Shown here: piece after piece, positions 27,401-38,300 of the stretch
Numbering within the stretch: position 1 is the stretch's first letter
Layout: every line of letters begins with the position of its first letter
DNA from: Dimorphilus gyrociliatus
Taxonomy: Eukaryota > Animalia > Annelida
Assembly: GCA_904063045.1 (NCBI GenBank)
Contig: CAJFCJ010000024.1
Location: 987,777 to 1,051,776, forward strand
Direction of reading: 5' to 3'
DNA: 64,000 nt
Program-made: the position numbers and the translations under genes
Notes under the pieces: generated by a model
Told to the model about the DNA's origin: nothing
Seen by the model: only the letters and a program-made list of their open reading frames with translations
The model's database searches: none

Positions 27401-28523
27401 TTAGTCACGTCTTAATGGGAATCTATCAACTTTTACACCGTCCTTTGTTACCACGTTGATTATCAGTGAATCACCGGTATAAATATCCCTTTCTGCTGCT
27501 GAAATAAACACGTCCTTAACCAATTCCAATGCCTTATTTAAACTTAGTGGAACATGAGTAACGCCTGTTTGGTTCTTAAAACCAATCTACAAAAGATAAA
27601 ATCCAGAGTAAATTATAAACTTTTGACGTATGAGTAATGTTAACTCTTCTTTAATATATTACCTGATTATCTAAAAGTGGTTGCAAAATAGCTCCTGCTG
27701 AACCAGCTGCGCGGAAAACTTCTCTCTCATACGAACCCACAGGATCGTAGCTATAAACGCAACCTTTTCCTGGATAGAAAGTTAATAATATATATTATTA
27801 CTATAATCATAGCAAACACTAAAAGTTGATAATACAAACCATTTTCATCCAACCCTCCAATTATATTGTAGACATAATACGGAAAAAATCGTTTGTAATA
27901 TAACATTGTTGATAGCATGGCTGCAATGGCTGAGGATGACATTTTCTTATGATGATCGTGTTCGTACATCTGAAAGTATAATTTCAATGTAACATAAATG
28001 TAAGAATATGAGTTAAGTCAGGAAGGAGTAATACGAGGCCTAGTTAGAGTTTGTTAAAATTCAGTTCGCAAATCGCAAAACGAATTAATTTAACCTTAAG
28101 AAAACTAAATTTTCAATACCTTTAGTCTCCAATCCATAACTTTAGTCATCGTTAAGACATCTCCATGAAATCCAGCACAAGCTAGGACAGTTTTGTCAGT
28201 CCTGTATCAAGCAATGAGTTTAAATATTCATATAAGCGTAAATTCCGTCAACTTACAATTGATAGGTTTTTGGATAATCACGTGTATGAATAGCAAACCC
28301 TTCGCTCAGTCTGGTATCAGCTGCAATAACGGCAAAATCCTCTCCAGCTACAGCAAGAATTGTTCTGGGGGGAAAAAAAGCGATAATAGGCAAATTTCTC
28401 AAAAACTTGCCGGATCAACACTCACCCTCCATTGAAAGCGTAAGGACTCCAACGTTGATGAGATATTGCCGAATCTGAAGAATTAAGATTGCTAAAATTT
28501 CTTGTTCCGAATGCAGCCTCCAT
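27401..28523 (-). CDS. PSMB1: 20S proteasome subunit beta type-1 (beta6), six exons
   Basis: [71 protein letters not shown] and a LRRD C-terminus. Confidence 0.97.
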
Positions 28524-28828
28524 AGGAAAAATCCAAATGACAGATATTTAATCAAAATATAATGATTCGGAGTTTTTTGCTATGATAGCTTTGATAAACT
28601 GAAAAATTTTTCTCGATTCGGCAAAATATATACCAGTTTTTTCAGCCCATGCTATTCTACCGCTTTTCTTTCAGTTGCATAAGTTGTTAACTTTGTATGC
28701 GGAAAATAATGAGTCAGCTTCAAAATTAAATTTGTAAGTTGAAAACAATTTCGTATTTTCGAGATAATTTGTCTTCGATACCGAATCGTAAAACTAACCG
28801 AACGTTATTCTACACCCGGCTATTAAAG
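28524..28828. promoter_or_regulatory. Probable bidirectional promoter between PSMB1 and LSM2
   Basis: The two start codons diverge with about 305 bp between them. Confidence 0.6.
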
Positions 28829-29431
28829 ATGGTGAGTTTTTGATCCACTTAAATAACATAATAATATTTTTGCTTATTTATTAAAAAGCTATTCTACTCA
28901 TTCTTCAAATCTTTGGTCGGTAAAGACGTAGTCGTTGAACTAAAAAATGATTTATGGTAAGCGATAATAGAGTAAAAATTAGAACTCCCAAATTACATTC
29001 TAACACTAAAGAAAGTTTTTATATATTTATTGAATTTAACATACTTTTTAACATTTAATATAAAATAAAATATAATTTACTTTAGTGTTAATTAAGTACT
29101 TAGTATGATTCTTTAATTTTATTAAAGATATTGAGAAAATTTTTAAGGTTCACATTAAAATGAAATTTTTTCTGCTAATTGATCATCGTTGATATGTATT
29201 TTACACCACAGCATTTCTGGAACCTTACATTCTGTTGATCAATTCTTGAATATCAAACTTACTGATATAAATGTCACCGATCCTGAGAAGAATCCTCATA
29301 TGCTATCAGTGAAGAATTGCTTTATACGAGGATCAGTTGTTCGCTATGTCCAATTACCAGCTGAGGAATGCGATACTCAACTTTTACAAGATGCTGCTAG
29401 AAAAGAGGCAGCTCAGAGTAAAAGTCGATAA
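28829..29431 (+). CDS. LSM2: U6 snRNA-associated Sm-like protein LSm2; three exons, the first coding only the ATG
   Basis: ATG|gtgagt is followed by LFYSFFKSLVGKDVVVELKNDL and ISGTLHSVDQFLNIKL...LSVKNCFIRGSVVRYVQLP, near-identical to LSM2. Confidence 0.97.
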
Positions 29432-29649
29432 AAAATAATTATATTTACATAATTAATATGTATATAATTTGTGATTACTTTTTGTCTACATACTTTTGAA
29501 TGCTAAGATGACAATAGCTCTATACCCTATATATAGGCTTATCTACGATTATGTAATTTTGACTGATCATTAGTTAATAAAAAATAGTTTTTATAAATTA
29601 TTTTATTAGTCGAAGGCAAAAACAACTTAAGCAACTTGTTAGATATTCT

Positions 29650-32107
29650 TTAAAATTTGGCAATCCAATGTTTTCCTCCTATTGACCAGACTTTTCTGAG
29701 AAGATCTTGTCCCAAATTTATATCATGATTCGGCCACAGAGTATATTTCTCAAAAATATTCATACAATCCAAAATAATATGCTCATTCTTCTTACTAAAC
29801 TTCCAACTTTGTTTCATCTCTCCAAAAGCAGCTAGTAAGGAATGGTAGTGATTTTTTAATTCCGAAATAGTCTCACACATATTATCGTAAGATTTTTTGC
29901 AGAACACGCACTTCTTAATATAAATATGACCTCCACAAGAAAGGCATTTGAAGTTTTTCCCCGCTGCTATTGGCTTCAATTTGTTTGCAGTCGGAAAATC
30001 AAACTTACAAGCTTCGCAATCGCAATTAAAGAAGTACTGACACCATAATTTTTTCTGACGCTCTTCTGCTTCCATATCTTGAAGGGATTAGAAGTGGAAT
30101 ATAGAGAAACTTAGACAGTATCATGACATTTATACATTCATGATGATTATATAATTAGCTAGTTTTTCTAATATTTAAAATGCTAACCTTGAAAAGCAGT
30201 TCCATAATCGATAGTCAATGGGTCATTCATCTTTACTCTTCGTATGGTTTTTAAAGCAACAACATCATCGTTATAGTACACAAAACAACAATTAGGAGAA
30301 CATGAATGATTCAATAAACTAAGAGTATTATAGACTGCTGAACCTGTATTACAATGCTTTATTGATATAGCGGAATCATTCTCCTTAAATACAGCTTCAT
30401 AAGTACCAACAGCATTAGTCTCAAAAATGAGAGACTGCCTATAAATTAAACCTGCACACCAAGACTTTTCATCCAAATCCAATTCCTTATGAAAGTAACC
30501 CGCTGTCTCCAAACAATCCATAATAATTAAAGCTTCCTGAGCTTTAATAAAACAATTCAAAAGACTAGTCTTCAAAACTTTTGCACTATTGGCCTTTAAA
30601 TAGAAATAATTCCAATAGCTATCATGCCTATAAACATAATCAACATCTGACGAGTTTGAGAAAGTCTTCAGAAACTTATACTTATTTTCTAGCCATTCCT
30701 TTCTTAAACGAAGAAAAAATTCTGAATTCCTCCTTGTAAAGAGTCTATAAGTTAGAAAGCCCGACCGGTTAATATCAGACATTCTCAAGTGTTTCAAAAA
30801 GCCGCAAGCAAACTAAGTCGAGTTTTTACATACTTGTATTTATGACTAAAATTAATTATTTTTACCAAGTTATTTAATAAGAATATGTGACCTGAATTAT
30901 ATTAATTTCTAAGAAAAATTAGGTGGATGAATGCTTAGTGAACAAAATAAATAATGTTAAGTGATGAGATGTTGAGCATACTCATGAAAGGTGAGCATCA
31001 CAATGAAAGCATTTACATGCATCCAAGGACAAGTATAGGTGAGTAACGTCATTATAATGACAAATATATATGGCCTAGAAAAAAGAAGAGTATTTTGAGT
31101 GTTGATCTCATGAATAATTTTCTTAATTTTCCTATCAGTTGTTTTATGAAAAAACTCGACTTGATGAAAATAACGAGCATTATCCATACAAATTCTACTG
31201 CAATATAAAACGTCCGGGCAATAGTCGCAAGGAATCAAACAATAATTGCGTTCTAAACAGTTATCGCAATGACTGGATATCATGGATTCAGAATCGCAAT
31301 CTAAAACTCTTTCAAATGGTTTTTCAACAGCAACGAGTTGCCCAATGGCGAGATCTTTCGTAGATTTTATGAAACGACCTTGCTCTTCCGTATAATGTAC
31401 TACTACATCATGGGTTAGACTAGGGAACTTCGAATTAGGTATTTGTATCTTGGGTGTGCGAGAAAAAAGGTGCGAATAATTGTCTTGTTTATGAGTAGTA
31501 ATAGCTAATAAATCCTATATAACATATACATATATATATTAGTTTTTTTATTATAAATAATTAAAAATTGCTTTAAAAATTCAATTACCTTTAATAACTT
31601 CTCAATTTTTTCACCTTTCATTTCAATGCCATCCAAGGACTTTTTAAACTTTTTCACGCATTCTTTTACTTTATCTTTTAGACCTAAAGCCTTGTAAGAC
31701 TTGCAAGCTCTATAATATAGCTTATATTCTAGTTCTTTCGGATATCCTACTTCTAGAGCCATGTTGATATCTCTTAAACAGCATTCATATTCTTCTATTT
31801 GAAATAGAACTGCCGACCGATTCGAGTAGGCTAAGCTTAGATTTTTACCAACAACTGCATATCGAATAGCTACATTATAATGGAGGAGAGCATCGTTAAA
31901 TTTAGTTTCAGCGAATTTCTTGTTGCCTTTTTCGCGGTGTTGTTCCGAGTAGGTGTCGTTTTTAAAGTTCTTCTTTGCTTTTACAAAACTTGGATTAAAT
32001 TGATAAGCAATTTTCATCCTATCAAAATCATTGTCGCAAGTAGCAAATTTATCGTATAATTCACTACTTTCGTCCGTTTCGGCGAATGGATAAACGCACT
32101 TTTCCAT
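29650..32107 (-). CDS. SMYD4: SMYD4-like TPR-SET-MYND lysine methyltransferase, paralog B; exons 32107-31589, 31504-31161, 30812-30188, 30077-29650
   Basis: Same domain order as paralog A: TPR, GRFIKS...AVEKPF, MYND (CDNC...CDYC...YCSRIC...HQFAC), SLLNHSCSPN, DYG and CDCEAC. Confidence 0.9.
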
Positions 32108-35100
32108 GTTTTGAGTTATTATAAATTAACACGTTAAGTACGATACAAGAAATGGCGACTTGTCAACTCAATAGAACATTCTAAAAATGAGATAGATGGC
32201 GCTATAATAACTTCTTTTCTGTTCGAAAATTCTTGATTATTATATAATCTTTGGGTAAGTTAAAGAGTAAGACGTTGATCGATTTATCTTGAAGACTGAC
32301 GTAAGAGAATCTGGAAAGACAAAGTATTTGGGTAATTTTTCATAGATGTCGGCAGCTTTTTGTGTTCTTTTATTAATAGCTAGGGGTGTACGAAAATATG
32401 TAACGTACGCGTTCCCACAATTGAGACGTTGCGCCAACGTCAAAGAATAATATAGGAATATACATTAAATCAATAAATTCATTTGATAAATTAGGGCCGG
32501 GTGCAATGGAAATATATCATGAGAAACACTTGTCTCTATCACTCTAATACCTTATAAATTTTCTTTTCGTTTCTTTATAGAATTAGAGCTTTCCCGATAG
32601 CTGTACTAGTTGAGACAACTTTTCCGGCAGTTTGTAACGTTATGCACGGCATGTTTGGTGAGGACATAAATATTGCTTAATTCACATGGAAAAGTACAAT
32701 TGTCTGTCGTAAATCTTCTTTAATGACAAATTATTGTGCATTTTTTACTCTTTGAATGTTATTAATTCTTGCAAAGAATACACAAATCTTCAAAATATCA
32801 TGCGTAAATGTTTGGTTTCTTCTTAATGATATTTCCACGATAATATAAGATTGTGTGGTCTCTCTCGATTTAATATGAGAATACCGATATATTTTTATAA
32901 TTATGAAGAATGTTTATTTTTCCCTTTTGATGTAATTGTCCAAAGAGAGGGATCTTACTTTATCATTATATACATCACGTATTTTAAATATATTAAGCAA
33001 TATCCTCAATATTGCTTTAATATTATTCGTATATTTGACCTCGTTGGGGCTGCTGAGGTAAGAAGCCGTTGAAATCTCTAAGTATACGTCTCTTTTGCAT
33101 ACGGATGTAATTTAGGAAAATGGTGAAGAAAAACGGAAGTAAGTTTTATTCTAAGTAGATGAACAAAGAGTGAAAAAAAGAGAAAGACAGAGAAAGACAG
33201 AGAAAGAGAGAGAAAAGAAAATGGAAGAAGAGAAAGACAGAGATATAGAGAGATGAATAGAGAATTAAGGGGATGGTATTAAAGAAAAAGGGAAAGAGAA
33301 TAGAGAAATAACGAGAAAACTCCTCGTTGTTCAATTATCCTTTATCAGATTGTAAAAAATATTTATATGATAAATTTCTGATTTCCGTTGTCAATCTTTC
33401 GCCTCCACGTAGATAGGAAGCTGAACAAATAATCCTTTTTTTTTCATAATACCGACACGTCTATTTCGTAATAAATTAAGAAAAAGATAAGTTTATTTAA
33501 TTACTTTGTTTACATGTTGTTATATTAAGCATTTCGTTTAACAGTGAACTTGTGTCATTAGCTGAATCTAGGGGTCTTAGTAATTGACATTACAGAAAAG
33601 TCTTTGTCACGCACTTGCAGTCAAGCAGAAATATAGTTCAATAAAGTCATGAATAAAAGTAACGCCCACTTAGTTTATTTTCTTTCAAGATACCGTTTTA
33701 TAATTGATGCAAAATGGTGAATGGAGACGAATTAGACTAATATAAATGTATTTAAACGGCTGCATTTGTCAAAAGCAGTCGGCTAGAAACCAATAATTGA
33801 TGAGAAATAGAAGAGGAATGAGAGGTAAAGCAGGTGGTGACTGCTTTATTATTGTTTAAAAATGAGTAAAAAAATACTATAATTCAATGTATAATACTTA
33901 TTCAGAGAGAGATTGCATTGTTCAAACACTGTGAATAGATAGCATTAACGTTAGTCAAAATTTTTTTCCATAGATTTTTACGGCCCATCGATTCTAATTA
34001 CGAGATTAAGTAATATATATTAAGCGAAAATCGAAAGATCATCCACCATTCTTAACGAAAATGCACGAGCGATACTCTTTTATATTCCTTCCTTCCTAGA
34101 AGTAATGATATTAACATTATCATGCTATCATTTACATTATTCAATATATTTCTGGTTTGATTTCTAGTTCGCTATCTTCTTCAAGGCTTAATAAACATTA
34201 TTTATGGATAGCTGGAGCCAATACCAAAATGCTGTTACTAATAATTTCTTGTTCTTGCATATTACTAGACTTTCTAAGAGTTTTTTTCTTTCTAAACGAA
34301 AAAGTAGGGTATAAATTATTTATTATTTGAATTGATACACGCTGTTTAAAAGAGAGAACAGCAAAAAAATAATCAGTAAATGGTCACTTAGCAATCAAAA
34401 CGAAAAAAAAGATCTAATCAAGCTAGAGAGACTTTACTATACCCCCATTAATAAACATAAGACTGGCGTATTCCTTTATCAATATTTGGCGGTAATAAAA
34501 GAAACTGAAGAGAAATTAATACAATATATATGCATTTCTTGTATGTTTTGCTTATATACATATCTTTATAACAATATATTTTTCCTCTTCATAATTGTTA
34601 AATAATAAAAGAAATAAATAGTAAAAACAATAAGAGAAAGACAAACTAAATTGATTAATAGAAATACGTTAAATCTTAAAGTTACTATTAAAAAGTTTTT
34701 TCAGAATTATTCTGATAATATATGCTGTATATATATATTTATATGATTACTCATATATATTCTTTGAAAAAAACATATTCTATTAATAGACAATTCAGAC
34801 ACGCTAATCTGACTATAAACGATAATATTTCATATTATACTTTCATATAAAAACTAAAATATTTTTATTCTTTATACTAACAATTCCTTAAATATAGTTA
34901 ATTTATAGTTTCTAGCATCAATGACATAAGATTAAGCTATTGTTAAAAATTTTCTGTACGAAAAGACTTCTAATTGAAAAGCATAATAATACTTGTATTG
35001 TATAGGATAGCCTACTATTTTCATTTATTTTTAACATCAAATACAATTTTATATAAAAAAGAGGCTCTATCTGACATATTTTAGTCTATGGAGTACGGTC

Positions 35101-35138
35101 CAAGTAGTGACAGTTGGCAGTTTAAATAACCGCATTTT

Positions 35139-35307
35139 CGGAACCGGAAGTTGGTTTCTGCCACAGCACATTTTCGTATATACACAGAAGGAGTGATCTC
35201 AAAAAAACTTTCATAACCACTACCGGAACACGATTATCTTATCACACATTTAAATTCTCAAAGAAAATTCTGCTAAAAGTAGCCGGTCTAGCCTGCTTCC
35301 GGTTCCG
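35139..35307. promoter_or_regulatory. DDX1 promoter with ETS-type CCGGAA motifs, including an inverted pair of CGGAACCGGAAG
   Basis: CGGAACCGGAAG at 35139-35150 and its exact reverse complement at 35296-35307, both within about 220 bp of the DDX1 ATG. Confidence 0.55.
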
Positions 35308-35356
35308 GAGTGATATCACGTTGCGAAAAATTTCTGCCTAAAATCTCACTGTAAAA

Positions 35357-38300
35357 ATGACGGCATTTGAAGGTTAGTGACCCTAATAATTTAAGTCAAT
35401 CTCAGGATGACATGATGATTTACCTAAAGAATACTTTAATTCCCTTTCAACCGGCACATTCAAAAAGTCACTGTCCTTTATTTTTGTTGTTGTAAGCCTC
35501 GGTCCGGAACAGGCCTAGATGCACCTGAATTGTATTCTTTGCCCTGGATAGATAGCGTCAGCTTTTTATATTCTGTCTAGACCACCCTGGAACATTTTAT
35601 GAGTTACGTAAGCTCCAAAAAAATATATGCGATTATTCTAAACCCTATTCTCTGATCAACGAAAATACCAAACTCTGATTTTTTCTTGAGTAAAGATAAA
35701 TATGGCTTGTTTCAAACAGAAATGGGTGTTATGCCAGAAATCGGGCAAGCTGTTGAAGATATGGATTGGAGGTTGGTAAAAGATGTTTCTTTGTTGTTTC
35801 TCATTAGTTGCTTGTTTTTAAGTGGCCGTTAAAGCTAATTTATGACCTTAGGATTGTCCATTCCCGATACAGAAGTCAAATAGTATCAATAGTTAAGTTT
35901 AGAGTTTTTTTTTAATTCTTCTTTGTGTAAAAAATTAATAAGAGGTTTCAAAATATTGTATTAATATATACAGTATATATATACAGTATATAATTCATTA
36001 TATGTAAGTTTCGAGAAAGAAAACGCATTAAACATCTTCAGTAGATCTAGAAGTTGTTAGGCAATAATCTGTAACTAATAGCTGATTTCAAATGAAAGGC
36101 TAACGAATCAATTAGCATATCTTATCATATCAAAAAATAAAGTTAATAGATTAAGAAGCGATATAAAATATTACATTGTCTGGAAAATAAATGTAATGTT
36201 TGATTATGTTATATCATAGTTTCATAAAAAAAATGTAAAATTTATATCGTTTGTATATGAACTCTGATCAGGTGTACCTGTCCCTGTTAAATAAAAAGCG
36301 CGCACAGTTCAAGAGCCAGAAAAGGTTCTATCAACCGATATACAGTGTCCCTTTAAGATGACACCTGTTGCAATTTATAATCTCTTTAAATACGATTCTA
36401 TCACTCTCTGAAGTGATATATTAATGCAAAAATAATATTTCTTACCGAAGAATCAATTCCTTTATATATTTCAAATCTTTATTAATCGTAAATGTATATA
36501 TTTCACTTTTCATTTTATAGCAAGTATTACTTGAATATTATGCATATAGGGGTATTTGCATATAAGCGTATATACAGGATATATATATTTGCAAAAGTAT
36601 ATGTATACACAAATGCTTATATAATACGTTCAATCTATAAAACGGTTGCATATATTTCTCTTAAAATACAACCTGGACGAATACTACTATAGCTTTAATT
36701 GATTTCAGCTTTTTATAATAAAAAAAAGTATATAGCTCTCATAAATATGTCTTACGCCAGTGAAAGATGGTTTTGTTATACATTTGGTTTAAATTAGCAT
36801 ACTACATAAACATATTTCATATAAGTTCCGTGACCCTCAGAAATGAGGAAACTCTGCAATTTCTAAATCATAAAAAGTATATTGACCCTTCGCTTAGGTA
36901 AACATTTAACAAGGCAACGCAGCACCTGTGCTTCATTTAAATATTATCTAAGAGTTTGTGAGCGTTTTTTTTTTATATATGCATATATGACCGATATCTT
37001 GTATATTTTAACCTTAGCTTTGCTTTCTATTAAAGACGAATGCATTAACTTTGGCTCGAATATAATGATAAAGTTGGTAGTAAAATTAGATATTAAATTC
37101 GAAATTAAAGATTTTATAGCCTAAAAAAACACTATTTACTGAGTGTAGATTAATTTCTTTCAGCCTTTTATCGTTCTTCCTCTCAACTTTTTATTATTTA
37201 CGCTAATATATATATACGTACTTTATTGACCTGGATACACCTATCATAAAAACGATTGAACGAGAGATGAAATTTGAATCTTTCGAGCCACTTGGTGAGC
37301 GTCGCCAATTGATAAACGGTCGTTATCGAGTTAACTTGATGAAGGAGAATATTACAATTTGTAAATGTTTAGAAAAAAATTCTCCATAATTCTTTAACGG
37401 TCAAACGCTAATAATGAAATTTTCAATATTTCCAACCTTTACAAGAAGTCTATTTCTTCTCTGTTTACATTCGATGTTATTATCAGGAAATTAAGATTTT
37501 TTTAAACTGAAGTACGATAAATGAATTTAAGGCGAAAAAACGAGCCATCTTTGGAACGAAATGTGTTTGAAGGCAGTTTATCCTAAATAAAAGGTGATTG
37601 AAATAACAAACAAAATGTTTTTAATGGAATCCATTTTATAGCGATCAAGTTTATACACTCATATTTAGTTTCTGAGAATCTTCAAGTTTAATTGAATGAT
37701 TTGTTATTTTTTCTATCGGTTTATTTTAAATTGTCGAGTAATCCCTTGTACAATAGGTGAAATTTTGAATTTTTATTTATCCATACAAGTGCAACCGTTT
37801 TTCGCTGTAACACTGTCAATGTAATTTATAATTGTCTGGTTCCATTGTCATTTACGTTTACTCGAAAAGAAATTGTCTGATTTAAAAATATTACAAAGGT
37901 ACAGACAGAAAGTATTATTGAAATTTTACTAGTTTTAGTTATCTATTCATGCCACTAGACTTGACGCACGCTTATCGATGAAAAATAATCTTTTTCTTCT
38001 TTGCCAAATGGTTTTTTGCGCGGGAAAAAGACAATTGGTCCGCTTTTAGAAAAAGAAAAGTGTCGACTTTATTTCTATTAAATATGGATAACTAATAAGT
38101 TTTTCTTGCTAAATTGCATAAATGAAAACATTAAAGAAGCTATTCTTTTGTTTACCATAACATTTTTTATTAGCAAAATAGCCTCTCTCTAAATAATGGA
38201 AATGTTCCTTTCCTTTTACATAAATTAAGGTCCATGACCATTTTATAAATATATCATCATCAAGTTTTCACCCCTGACAATTTCATAGTATTAGTTAATA

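Noticed and set aside
30957-31160. C-terminal part of the 108-aa ORF after the SMYD-B MYND finger
   Set aside because: It is read-through into the TIR-bounded intron; homology to paralog A resumes only at 30812.
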